DNA from: Amoebophrya sp. A120
Lineage: Eukaryota > Protista > Dinoflagellata
Reading direction: 5' to 3'
NCBI GenBank assembly: GCA_905178155.1
Contig: CAJINV010000006.1
Location: 105,415 to 152,087 of the forward strand
DNA: 46,673 bases
The position numbers and the translations under genes were made by a program. This document shows, in pieces, positions 11,601 through 24,101 of this stretch (positions are counted from its first letter, which is position 1; every line of letters begins with the position of its first letter). Under the pieces are notes generated by a model. That model was not told the origin of the DNA. It saw only the letters and a program-made list of their open reading frames with translations, and ran no database searches.

Positions 11601-14600
11601 GCGTAGACTCTGCATCAGAAGGATTCGTACTCCTTTCATGCGTGACGAAAAGTTTTCATTTGGAAACTTCGCATCACAAATTTTTGGAACTTTGGGGGTG
11701 GGGGCATTTTTCGCTGTAATAAGATGTCCTCTCGTATCTTTCGAAACGCCTTTGCTCGTTCGTTGAGCTCGTCTCGCTGCATCAGCACCTCGTAGGCATT
11801 TTTCGCTTCGTCCTGCAGGCGCTTCTCAACGGACGAGGAAGGATCGAAAATTCGGACACCATAAAGCGCACTAGCATAGGCGAGGGTCGGCTTCCGCTTC
11901 ACTGGTGGCGCATTTTTACTAGTAGCCGAAGTTGAACTACTCGAGTTGTTGTCCTCCCACCATTCTAGGAGTCCTCTTTCTCGCGGGAAATAAGAGGAGA
12001 GCCTGCTCTGTGCTGCGGATGATGCGGTCGTGGTATGACTCCCTGCAAATGCAGCTGCTGTGGGGTCCGCGTTGGCTTTGTTGTAGGTTGGCGAAGACGA
12101 CGAGGAAGAGGAAGTTACGACTTTCAAGGAACGAGTAGAAATGCGCGTGTTAGAAGGAGGTTTTTTACTTTCTCCTGTACCCGCGGAAGCAGGCTGCATC
12201 TTCATGTGGAGGAAGGCGGGTTGTTTGGAGTTAGGTAAGACCGTCAGAGCTACTTCTTCTTCTTTCAAAGACGGATCTTCTTCGTCCAGCGTCGTTGCTT
12301 GGTCCTCTTTTCTCGAAGACGGATCGCCCAAGGTCGTTGGCGTCAGATGCACGTAGCAGGACCCGGGCGTAGCTGTGCTTGTGCGCCAGCCTTGTATCCT
12401 GTGTAAAAACGTCCCCATCTCCCCAGAGTTCTTGTCTTTGTCGCGCAAATCTGCATGGTAAAAAATGTTTCTCATGCGGAGTGCAATGGGACGCGTTTTC
12501 TAGTCGTGTTTGGAATTCGGGAGTCTGTGATGCTGCTGGAGCTAGCTAAAGAGGATTACACTGCGACGCCTATCTTTTCATGCGCAGCCACCAAGAAGGT
12601 TTTATTTGTCTAGCAGATTTCCCATTTTGCGTTTGCCTCTGGTGTGGGGACGTTTTGACTCAGGATACCTTGCTCTGTGTGTTCCTCTTCGTCTCCTGCT
12701 GCGTGTGAAAGTGCACAAGCAACCCCCCCTCTCCCTCATTTGTATTGGGCATGAACACCAGCAAGACAAGCATCCGCACGAGTGCAGGTTTTGCATGACA
12801 CATTTGCTACGCAGGATTGTAGTGGTCCTGCTTGGGCTGACAATCAAGCCTTGTCATGCCAATAGTGCTATGAGGCTGACAAAGGGTGGACGAATTGGTA
12901 CTATTCTGCGTGACAAAAAATGAGGGGGAGGGGAGGTATGTGCACTCTGATACCGCGCCGGGACCCGATAGCGGCCTCAGAACCGCAGCTGGCCTCGGCA
13001 CGGACAGCTCCGGAACGCTGTGGCGCAGGTCGTGGCTCGACGCAGATGAAGACGAGGTGGCACGACCGCCGAAACCGAAAGCGGTGGCTTTTGCTGCTTT
13101 CGCACTAGTCATCGCCGTGATCATGTGCTTTGACGAGGAGAGAAGGTTCGTGGAGGGGTCGAGCCCGCCAAAATTGGAAACCGTTGCAGTTTGCTTCCCT
13201 TCGTTATTCTTGAAGGGTTCTTTTTTGCCCGTCCCCGTGCTGCTGCTACTGGACGACGTGCCTGACGCAGTAGCTTTCTCCGAAACAATTCGTGCTGGCG
13301 GGAGAAATGACGACTTTCCGATGAGGCGTTGGGGCTGAAAGGACGAGGAGCTGTTGCTGCGAGGAGAAGTTTTATTTTTGTCCGCTTTATTAAAAATATT
13401 GCTGCTCGGTCGTGACAGAAATGAACCAGCGTGAGAACTTTGGCGCAGTCTGTCGATGTAGTCCAAAAACTCGTGCTCTTTCGCCAGGCGACCTGTTCCC
13501 CCGGAAAACTCGACGTCGCAGCTTAACCAAAAATCCGCAAGAGTGCACAAATCCGCAAGAGCGTTGTCCTGTGCAAATACGTCACCTTCGCCCCAGAGTT
13601 GTCAAGCCTATCAATTCGCTACACAATAGACCAACAAGTTTTATTGGCTGTCTCGCATGACAAGTTTGGACTCGCAGTCAAACCCAAACTTCTTTTAGCA
13701 TGCGAAGCCGCATCACAGATCGATCGTCTTATCCTGACTCTAGCATTACAACCTCCTCTTAGATAGCACGAGGATTTGTTCCCCATGCAAAGGGTTCTTG
13801 CGCATGAGACACATTTGGCGGGGGCCGGGCTTGCAGATTTTTGCATGACATCAAGTCTGGGGAGGAGCTGTTTTTACACCGGATATTTGTCTGGTTGTGT
13901 TCGCCGGATGCTTGTTTCCAAATCAGCCCAGAAAACAAACCCTTCGCTGTTGCGCCACACAGCGGGGTAGAATCCGCTTGCCGCTTCTGCTTTGGAAATT
14001 GGTGGCTTCGTTTTCTCGTGGTAGTGGAAAAAGTGGTAGGTGCCGTTACATCCGGAGCTCCCGCGAACCCACTTGACTGTCACGACGACCTGTTCTAACC
14101 ACTCTACTGCCGGTTTGTTTTTCACGCAGTGGTAGGGGATGGTTGTAATCACCTGATTTTTATTCCCGCCTCGATCAACATCGCACGCAAACTGCACCAG
14201 CACCACCCCAACTCCGTCGAGTTCGTGCCAGTTGCTGTCGCAAAGTACCGCATCTTTTTTATCGTGCAAGGAGCAACTACCCAAACTTTTTGCACCACAG
14301 TGAAGTCGAGAAGAAGAGAAGTTCTTGTAGACGAAATGGTCCTGCTTACTAGTATCATCAGCTTGACGGACAACTACATCGACATTGCTGGGTTTGGTTT
14401 CGTGTGAACTCATTTTTTCGAGGTTCGTTTTATTATTTCCACTGCCCAAGTGATTTGTACTGCTGGACGACGCGGAAGAAGATGATTTTTTACTACCACC
14501 ACTGCCAGAGCCTCCAATGCCAGAATTGCTCGCCGGTTGTGTTTATGCATTGCAAATATGTTGTCTGCTCCCGGGTCTGGAAAGTCAAAGCTCGAACGTG

Positions 14601-15988
14601 TAATCAAATCTGCATTGCATGTAATATGCGTGGTCACAAATCCTCGCTGTCCTTCAAAATTTCGCATCACAAAGCAGACCCAGATCGATATTTGCAATCT
14701 GCATACACTCTCGCTGGCTCGCAGGCTCTCCTGCTTCGCCCACTTCACCTGCTCTTCCTCCGACATTTGGGCGAGCTTGGCTTGCTCGCGGCTCTGCTGC
14801 AGCGCCCACTTTACCTGGTCTTGCTCCGACATTTGGTCGACCTCCTCCTCTGTCAAGAACTCGGCACCACTGCTTTGCAGCTGTTGCCCCTTCTCGTAGC
14901 TTTTATGCAGTAGTGAAAATGAATTTCTATCTATTCCCGCACACGTACAACGTACAGCAAGATGAACTGTCGCCACCTCATAACAAGGCTGAAAAAAGGT
15001 AGGAGCGGAAAGAACGCTCTTGCTTGCCTGCAGTAGAGATGTTGCCATTTGCAGTTCAGTACGTCTACGGGATACTAGATTTAGTATTCCTGTCGTGGAT
15101 ACTACTTTATTTTGTCCCCGGTCGCTGCACTTGTTCCGACACTAGTAGCTCGCTTTTGCTTTTTGTTTCTGCTGTCGTTGTCAGCATCGTTTTGCTCCGC
15201 CTGCATTGATAAAACGTTGTTGGAAGTGGAAGTACCAGAGGAGGTCGCGGAGGAAGATGAAGCGGCCGGTCCTGGGTTATTATTCTTCCGTTTCATAGTC
15301 GTTTTTCCTCGTGTGTTGTTCTTTTCCACGAGACCCATCTCAACGTTCTCAGCAGACTTCGCCCGACCACGCGCAGATGATACTGCTGCTGGTGCGCCAG
15401 AAGACGACGATGCGGCGACGGCGGTCGTATTGGGGATGTTGACTTCTTGCTGAGTACTATCTACTTCATGCCGTTCGTTGCTCGTTTTGATGCTCTATCA
15501 AATGTAAAAATGTCTGGGTCTGGAAGAATGCAAGTTTGTCATGCTTGTCTGGCATGACTCTTAAATCTGTCATGCACATTACCAAAGAGCCCCACTTTTC
15601 TGTCATGCAGAAACGTAGTTTGTCATGCAGAATAGGCAACACCTAGAAGCTCAGAAACTTGTCATGCTGAGCCAGCAAGTGTGGCCTCCTCATGATATGC
15701 CACACAGCATCACAAGTTTCCAGACCCAGACATTTTTACACTTGATATGCTAGTACTGGCCCCTGCTCTTTGTCCTCCTCTCTTAGCAGGTTGTCCCGTA
15801 GAGCTACTGTTGCTGCTGCTTCGGTTATTGTTTTTCGCGTTACCTCCTACTGGTGGTGCTGCTGGTGCTGCTTTAGCAGAACTAGACGCGGAGCTTGCAG
15901 CGGGCTTCTTTTTCCCATTTGTCGTGGTGGAACGCACCTGGTTCTTGTTCCGCTTGTTGTTGTTATTAGTTTTCTTGTCCGGCGGCAT
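8635..15988 (-). CDS. Large hypothetical protein (paralog 1): low-complexity N-terminus, two UIM-like motifs, conserved helical region with F-box-like motif; 13 introns
   Basis: Frame stays open after removing 15496-15747, 14904-15101, 14544-14705, 13565-13885, 12704-12952, 12395-12667, 11414-11721, 11054-11363, 10403-10664, 9992-10271, 9620-9884, 9205-9425 and 8771-9028. Contains MSEQDQVKWALQQS / MSEEEQVKWAKQES and KRLPEDVNGVIADFL. Aligns by eye with the gene at 16908-23937. The 3' end is the least certain part. Confidence 0.75.
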
Positions 15989-16907
15989 GACTTGTTTTCG
16001 TTGAGACGAAGAATGCAAGAAAGAAGTCTTATTTTCCGCAAGTAGAAGAATTCTTTGTCCACCTACTACTTGTTTCTTGGCAAGCACAAGTACAAAAGAT
16101 TTCTTCTATGGTGGTCTAAGTATAGTGAGGGTGCAGTGCTATTAAACAGGTTCAGCAACGACCAGGAGCAGGAAGCCCACAAATAAGAAAGCTAAAGCAC
16201 ACGACCCGAAGAAAGAAGACGGAATTTTACATTGTAGCAGTAGGTGAAGCAACAGCGGCATCATGAACTTTCTGAAGCAACAAGCAGTAAGATTTCTTTG
16301 GGCGGAAGAACCGATTTGGCTTGATCATTTTGGGTCCCAACACGGAAGCACTCGCTCGGATTTGGGTAAATAGAGTGAATGTTTTGGAGGTCTGCTCATC
16401 TCTCGTCATTTACTCGGCGGTGTGGTCGTCCACAGGAACAACGAGATGAACACAAGTATTACTACTTACTCCCCGAGGGTTGATGTCACGTGTGCCCTAC
16501 TTAAGGAGCCCCCTAGCTGCGGGACAACATTAAAGCATTTAAACTAGAGTGCAGCTTGTCACACTGAGTTTTTTTTTCAACAAGTCGTTGCAGCCTGAGA
16601 CAAAAAACATGTTGTCATGATGTCGTGTGTGAAAGTGTATCGTGTGTTGTTTCCTCGGAGTCACGTTTTTTTTCCTTTTGTTTCTCCTGATATGTCGGTG
16701 CTGAGCCAAGAAAAAGGAAAAGTTTTTTCCGACTGTTGTGCGTTTGCTTCATGGCACAAATCAACGCGCAAGTAAGCTAGTGTAGCTTGCTGTCGAAAGA
16801 ATTCACTTGGTAGAGATCTAGATGCCTTTTTATGAGCTAGAGTTTGTATTTGAATACAGCAACTATCCTAATCACAGAATAATATGCACTCTCTTTTCTC
16901 ATAAGTA

Positions 16908-19900
16908 CTATTCTAGTCCCTGATCCCCGTTGACGGCAGCATCGGCAAGGAGCACCTGTTGCATCTCGTAATGATGGATGGTAGCGTTGGCTGTTATCAA
17001 CTGCAAATATCCAAATTCTGGGTCAGGAAAGACGTGAATATGCTATAAACAAGTAGAGTACGCAGGCTAAGCATGACAGATTTTTGAAGGGTTCCGTGCA
17101 AAATACTGCGCATGAGAAACTGCGTTTTTGCATGACAAGGAGTCAGCGCGAATGCTATTCCACAGCACGCATTTCGAGACAAGCTGGGAGTATGGAAGTT
17201 TTAGTTTAGCACTACATACCTGGTATATTATCTTCCAGACCCAGATCGATATTTGCAGTGGGTATCTCTATCTGTCGAGAATTCCTCATCTTCGTTTCCG
17301 CCTGGACGAAAAGGTCGCTGATTGTTTCCAGGAATATCATATCAACTGTAAAAATGTCTGGGTCTGGAAGAATCCAACTTGTCATGCTGATTTTGGATTC
17401 TAAAAGCATCTGTATTGCATGAGCAGCAAAGAGAGTCCAAGTTTTGCTACACGGAAAGAGCATTTGTCATGCGGTATAGGCATCAGGAAGCCCTCACAAA
17501 ATCTGTGATGCTAGGGCATGCATCACAGACATCAGGAGTCCTGCAAAATGTGCATGACAAACCTGGCAATCTTCCAGACCCAGACATTTTTACAGTTGAT
17601 ATATCAACCTCGTGTTGTTGTTGTTCCATTTCCGCGTCTCCGTCATCCTCCGGCGGCAACAGGAGTGGACCAGCATTGTTCCCATTATTCCGCCGGAACG
17701 GTGTGCTGCCCGCCAGCATCGTGTTGAAAGTAAGACCCGGCGTGCTACTGGCCCTGCTGTGGAGGTCCTCGTCGTTGAAAGTAGAGGTAGTAGCTGCAGC
17801 TGTGTTCTTCATCTTCTTTCCCTGCATTGTACTAGTGCCTTTGATGTGGTTCTTTCTCTGTAGTACCGAGCGCTGCTGGTTGTAGTTCTGACGCGAGGAA
17901 CTGCTGCCCTGAGTAGTTTTTGCGCGAAGGGCAAGAGAACTCAGTTTCTGCTGGCGGAGGTCGAGGCTGAAGAGTCGGTCTTTGTCCACTGCGACTTGCA
18001 CCCGCAGTTGTTCCCGCAGACCCACAGCGTCGAATTTTCGGAGTTCGTCCCTCCACGCGTGTAGCTTCTGCACCGTCGTATCCCTGAGCACCACGAACTT
18101 CTGGACACTCTCGAGCGGAACCTGCGACAGCTCTACCTCGTGCTGCAGAAACTTCGCTACTTTCTCGTCGGTCTCGCGTTTCTATCGAATGCAAATATGT
18201 CTGGGTCTCGAAAAGTGGAAATTGTAATGCGTGTCCTGCATTCCTGGAAAATCTGTGTTGCGTGAGCAGCAGAAGAGCCGCTTCCTTTGTCATGTAAAAA
18301 CGGAGTTTGTAATGCGTGCTAGACATCAGAAAGCGTTTCAAAAACTTGTCATGCTTGGCTGCCATGGCAGGCGTTGCAATCAGCAGCAAATCAGCATCAC
18401 AGGTTTTCAGACCCAGACACATTTACATTTGATAGCTTAGCGACGTCCGCGTCGTAGTCCAGGAGTGCGATGCGTGACGCTACGCTCGTCTCACGGTCCA
18501 GGATCCGTTCCTCTTTTGCGTCGATTGCGGGCGGCGCTGGTCGCGGAGCCAGCCAATCCGTGATCAGCCCGTGAATCTCGGCCGGCAGTCGTTTCTGGAG
18601 GACATTGTCGAGGATATGATCGACGTGCTTCTCCACTTGTTTCCGCCAGTTGTGCTTGCTCTTTACCGAGTTGACGCGCCACGTTTTCTATCCAGTGCAA
18701 AAATGTCTGGGTCTGGAAGATTTCTAGATTTGTGATGCATATTTTCCATGACCCATGATGTCTGTGATGCATGCCGTAGCATCACTGCTTTTTGGCGCGC
18801 TTCCTCATGCCTATTCCACACGACAATCAAATGCCATCTCCGCAGAGCACGAAGTCTACCCCTCTTCCTGGTCATGCAATGCAGACCCTTTTCGAATCCA
18901 AAGACAACGCCACAAGTTTAGAATCTTCCAGACCCAGACACTTTCGCACCTGATAGCTTCAGATAATTGCGGGCGTTCAGGTCAATCACAGCAGAACCCT
19001 GGACGAAGATGCGCACGCACTGCTCATGTAGCTCCTCACAGTATTGCAAGGAAAAATCCCCCCGCCTTATATCGGACAGGAGATTTGTGATGCTGGATTT
19101 GCGTACGCAAGTCGCTTTGTATTGCTAGAAGATCAAGGGACGCAGCTGCGTCCTTTTTTGCAGCCAATTTGTGACGCTTTTTCCCACTTCCAGTCGCCTC
19201 CTGTCATGCTGAAGACGCAAGGTCTCCTCACACCTGCCAGCACTACGGCCCGCATCTTTTCCCTTCTAGCATGACAGCACGACTTTTGGCCACGAACCAG
19301 CATTGCAGGCGTCCAGCTGATAGAGTATGGGGCGGGGGGGTTTTTCACTTTGATACGCAGGCCTCCGCCAGCTTCGCCAGCTCGTCGGCCGCGAATCGGA
19401 GGCCGTTGAGGAGAACAATGACAGCGGCAGGGCTTTTTCGTGACTTGGTTGGCAAAATCAAATGCAAAAATGTCTGGGTCTGGGACAGAGCAGCTTGTCA
19501 TGCTAAATCTCAATCATGCAAAAATCTGTGTTGCATGATATACCAGAAGCTGTCGACTTTTGACCTAGTCGAGAGGCAGGTTTTCATGCAGGATAGGCAT
19601 GATAGAACCGTCACAGAATCTGCCATTCTATGTTCTACATAACACACACCATGGGTCATGGAAAACCTACATGACAAACCTACCAATTTTCCAGACCCAG
19701 ACATTTTTGCATTTGATATTGAGAGAACTCCGCGCCGTGGCCGCGAGGACGTCGTACCCCTTGACCGCGTCTTGCGCGGATTTTTCGAACAACCGAAATT
19801 TGTTAGCCAGGGCGTCTTATGAAGTGTAAAAATGTCTGGGTCTGGAAGAATGCAAGTCTGTCATGCTTGTCTGGCATGGCTCGGAAATCTGTGATGCATA

Positions 19901-22900
19901 GGCACGAAAAAGCCTTCTTACCTGTCACGCAAAAACGCAGTTTTCCATGCGAAATACGTAAGACATGGCCGCCAAAAAATTTGTCATGCATAGCTGCGTA
20001 TTGCAGTGCGTCTATCATTCATTTTTAGGATTACAGGTTTCCAGACCCAGACATTTTTACAGTTGATACGTCTCCGGGTTCTCCGGGCTCTCGGGTTGGG
20101 GGAAAGGGCTCCGCTGGCTGTGTACTATGGCGCCCGGCAGCGACGAGGGTCAGGAGGTGCTGCATCCTCTTCACCATTTCCTCCCCCTTTTCCTCTCCCA
20201 CTACACGAAGGGCTCGATTCTTCTCACGCAATATGCAAGAAAAAAAAGTGTATAAAGTGGAAGTCTGTGACGCAGAAAATGCAAAACAGTGACGCTTGAT
20301 GTCATACTCCACATGCGTCATAAACTCGTTTCCTACGTGTCTGTTTTCCCGTGCTATCTGCGCATGACAAGTTTTTCTTGTCAGGGAAGACAAACTTGTG
20401 ATGCTGTTTTCCCAAAAGACCTACACTATCACGGTTTTTTTCTTTGATACACAAGTCTTCCAGCTCGTTGCGCAACCCGCAGTAGGCGGAGTTTTTGTAT
20501 CGCGGGGAAAAATCCCTCTTCCCCATATCGAAAAGGTACGTCGCAGAAAATTTGCAATGCTGATTTGCGACCACAAATCATCTCTGTCTTGCAAGAAGGC
20601 AACTTTTCCACAGGCTCTGCCGCATTATGCAGGCGGTTTGTGAAGATGCTGTTTGGCCTACCGCGCAGATTTTTCTCATGCTAAGCGACTAAGTAGGCCA
20701 AACCCTCTCTACTCAGGCTTGATGTGGGCCTGCAGTCCTCTTCAGTAAGACAAATCTGATTTGTGTACGGAAATCCAGCATCACAGACTTGGTTTCGATA
20801 TGTTGGGGAGGAGGATTTTTCTTTTTGATATTTTGCGGTCGGGGTTCAGGTCCTCACGGACTTTTCGCAACCTCAGTCCCCGCAAATTCAGTTCGTGTCG
20901 CTGCTTCAGGAAATCATCCAGGATCCTTTTCTCCGCGGAGAGCTTGGCCTGAACCTTCTTCACAAACTCAACCGTGTTTTCCTCGTTCTCCCCTAGTTCC
21001 TCGGGTGCTGGCGTGTAGGCCGGTTCTTGCAGGAGCACCGGTCGTCCTCGTTTGGAGAGTCCGCATTCGGACGTTGACAAAACATCTGGAGTTTTTTTAC
21101 CTTCTGTGAACAATACAGCCGCTGGAGGAGCCGGAGTTGTGCCACGACCCGCTTGTTCAACATTTTCTTCTATCAAATGTAAAAGTGTCTGGGTCTGGAA
21201 ACTTGTGATGCTGGGTGGCGTCTCATGATGAGGCCACAAGTGCTGGCTCAGCATGACAAGTTTCTGAGCTTCTAGGTGTTGCCTGTTCTGCATGACAAAC
21301 TGCATTCCTGCATCACAGAAAAGTGGAGCTATTGGGTAACGTGCATGACAGATTTAAGAGTCATGCCAGACAAGCATGACACACATGCTTTCTTCCAGAC
21401 CCAGACATTTTTGCATTTCATATCTTCCCCATCAGAAACGGGTCGAGAACCACCCTCACATTCTGGATCGAGAACCTCCACACTGCTGGAAGAAACAGAA
21501 GCATCGCAAGAAAAAACTGTTTCACTGTGAACCTGTGATGCAGCAGAGAACGAAGCGCCAAAGTGTTCGTCCTGCTTCTACACCTGCAACACAATGGCTT
21601 TTTAGTCATGTTTTCATCCCTTGGGGAACGCGCATGGCAAATTTTCTGTGTCATGTGTTGCAAACTTGTGACGCAGATCTTGCAATAGATCCATCACAGT
21701 GAAAAAGTTTTTTCATGGGATAAGAAATGCTGGACCGCGGTCGTTCATCTCGAAGCCAGAAGGTGGAAAATGCAGAAGGCAGAGGTTATCAAATGTAAAA
21801 ACGTGTGGGTCTCGAAACTGAATGATAGACGCACTGCAGTACGCAGCTATGCATGACAAATTTTTTGGTTGCCATGTCTTACGTAGTCCGCATGGCACAC
21901 TGCGTTTTTGCATGACAGGTAAGAGGGGTTTTTCGTGCCTATGCAACACAGATTCTCGAATCACGCCAGACAAGCATGACAAACTTGCATTCTTCCAGAC
22001 CCAGACATTTTTACAGTTGATAGAGGCGCAAAAGCAGAAGGCGGAGGGCACAAGTGTCGCTATTATGCACGGTGCAAATAACCTTCTATCGTACCAGAGT
22101 CGTCGTGGAAAAAAATTTTTATTGCATTTTGTTTCAATTTTTTCAATAAAGGGAAATAAAGTTAAATGGATTATTTGCATGATATGCTGCCTCAAGCAGG
22201 AATTTCTACTAGTAGAGTAGTTGTCACGACAGTAGTACTAGCTCTAATTTACTATGCAACGAAATGCGCGATAGTACAGGTACAACTTTTGATGCACAGG
22301 TCATACTGCAAGTCTCCATTGCTGTTCGGGCGGGAAAGTAGCCGCGGCCGAAGAAGTATCAAATGTAAAAATGTCTGGGTCTGGAAGAGTGCATGTTTGT
22401 CATGCTTGTCTGGCATGACTCTCAAATCTGTCATGCACGTTACCCAAGAGCGCCACTTTTGTGCCATTCAGAAACGCAGCTTGTCATGCAGAATAGGCAA
22501 CACCTAGAAGCTCAGAAACTTGCCATGCTGAGCCAGCACTTGTGGCCTCCTCATGATACGCCACCCAGCATCACAAGTTTCCAGACCCAGACACTTTTGC
22601 ATTTGATAAGAAGAGGAAGCAGGGTTAACAGCAGATGTAGTTGCCAGGGAATGGTAGTTCTGCTTCTTACTGGTACTGCCGACCTTAGTGTCGTCTTTGG
22701 GTAGTAGGACGGTTTTTTTGTCGTTATTTGCCGGGTAGTTGTTGTGAGACCGTTTCTTGGTAGGAAGACGCTTGTTGGGAGGTAGTAAGACGGTTTTTTT
22801 GTCGTTCTTCTTCTTTTTGTTGATTTCAAAAAGCGCACCAGTATTGGAAGACCAGGGCGTTTTTCGGACGGCGCCACTCGAGGAAGCAGCGGCTTTAATC

Positions 22901-23937
22901 GGGGAAAAGCGTATTTTCTGTTTACTATTACCGGCGCCAGAATTTTTGCCCGTACTAGCAGAGGAAGAGCCATGGTTTGCGACTCCGTTCCTCTGTGCAG
23001 AAGATGAGGTCGCGGCAGGTCCGGACTTCTTGTTCCGCTTGGCGCTGGAAGAAGGAGGGGTGAAGCCCGGGTTGTTCTTCGCCAACTTCCCGCTCTTCTC
23101 GGTGTTCTTCTTGTTTTCAGAATTGACAGAGGAAAAACGGGAGAAGGGCTGCTGTTTCGCATCACCGGAACTCGCGCTAGCACTCTCCTGCTGGATCATC
23201 GCATGGCTGGATAAAAACACGGACTTGGACGACAACGAACGGTCTTGCCTCTTCGACACTGTTGGCGCGCCGTCAACATTCTTGGCACAAGTAGACTTCC
23301 GCCCCTGCTCTTCTTGTTGTGTATTGCAAACGCGTCTGGGAGGTCCTACGCGTTTACTTTTACTTCCAGCGAGGGCGGAAGACGAAGAGGATGGCAATCC
23401 CGCGTTTATTCCTGGTCCGTGGCCAAACAGCTGTGGATGTATTTTTTGTTTTTCGTTGCACTTTTCTTTATACTGATACTGAAAAAGATGATCCGCATGA
23501 TACTGTCTGGACTGCAAAACACTCGTCTCTAGCATGACAAACATCAAATGCAGCACAGACTGATGCACAAAAGTCAAAAACTATACCTCGACCTCCCTGT
23601 TCATTTTCTGCTTCTCCTTCTGCAGCCGGTACTTCTCAAAAACCGCGATCTTGTTTGACGAATTTTTCGACTGTAGTTGTATTTCGCGGTTGATTGGGCT
23701 TAAACAAGCATCGGATGACAATAAATCACCCCTGTTTACTACTGCCGGAGCAGGACGTGGACGTCCCGCAACTGCCATTCCGTTTTCCCCTTCGTCTCGA
23801 GCATTCAGCTTATTCTCTCTGCCGACCTTAGTGTCGTCTTTGGGTAGCAGGACGGTTTTTTTGTCGTTCTTCTTCTTTTTGTTGCTTCCAAAAAACGCAC
23901 CAGGGGGCGTTTTTGGATACCGTTTGCCTGGATACAT
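16908..23937 (-). CDS. Large hypothetical protein (paralog 2): K/S-rich N-terminus with KKKKNDKKTVLLP repeats, shared helical region with F-box-like motif; about 15 introns
   Basis: Frame is restored across 23479-23586, 22357-22608, 22061-22305, 21787-22022, 21502-21722, 21171-21422, 20498-20830, 20232-20449, 19818-20068, 19456-19718, 19042-19355, 18689-18955, 18183-18434, 17340-17601 and 16995-17264. Blocks matching paralog 1: LLNGLRFAADELAKLAEACEELHEQC vs LADGLVLAGDELAKLSSTFEELHSQC; NVLQKRLPAEIHGLITDWL vs NVVQKRLPEDVNGVIADFL; WRDELRKF vs WRETFRKF. Confidence 0.75.
17340..17601. mobile_element. Introner family A (representative; about 31 copies), TIR TATCAAATGCAAAAATGTCTGGGTCTGGAAG
   Basis: DR TATCA here. 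Other copies: ~875-1474 (truncated), 3295-3562, 6356-6619, 8771-9028, 9205-9425, 9620-9884, 10403-10664, 14544-14705, 15496-15747, 16995-17264, 18183-18434, 18689-18955, 19456-19718, 19818-20068, 21171-21422, 21787-22022, 22357-22608, 28772-29027, 31415-31674, 33148-33427, 33722-33990, 37876-38137, 38392-38656, 38733-38990, 40136-40396, 41001-41262, 42761-43023, 43057-43347, 44210-44472, 46564-end. Confidence 0.95.
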
Positions 23938-23940
23938 CTT

Positions 23941-24101
23941 TATCACAGGAAAAAGTGTTAACGTTAACGGAATTTGTGATGCAATACAGCATCACAAAAC
24001 GTGCCCAAATTTGTAATGCATAACATGCATGCTGGGCAAAATTTGTCATGCTCATTTGCAATCCATGAAAACCGTTAACGTTAACACTTTTTTGTTTCAT
24101 A
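23941..24101. mobile_element. Singleton introner with GTTAACGTTAAC palindromes in its TIR, inserted at the predicted start codon
   Basis: Perfect DR ATCTT overlapping the ATG at 23937. TIR core AAAAAGTGTTAACGTTAACGG. Confidence 0.8.

Noticed and set aside
22757-23476. Long plus-strand ORFs (e.g. 22757-23476, 26295-26996, 29035-29763)
   Set aside because: Antisense shadows of low-complexity minus-strand exons.
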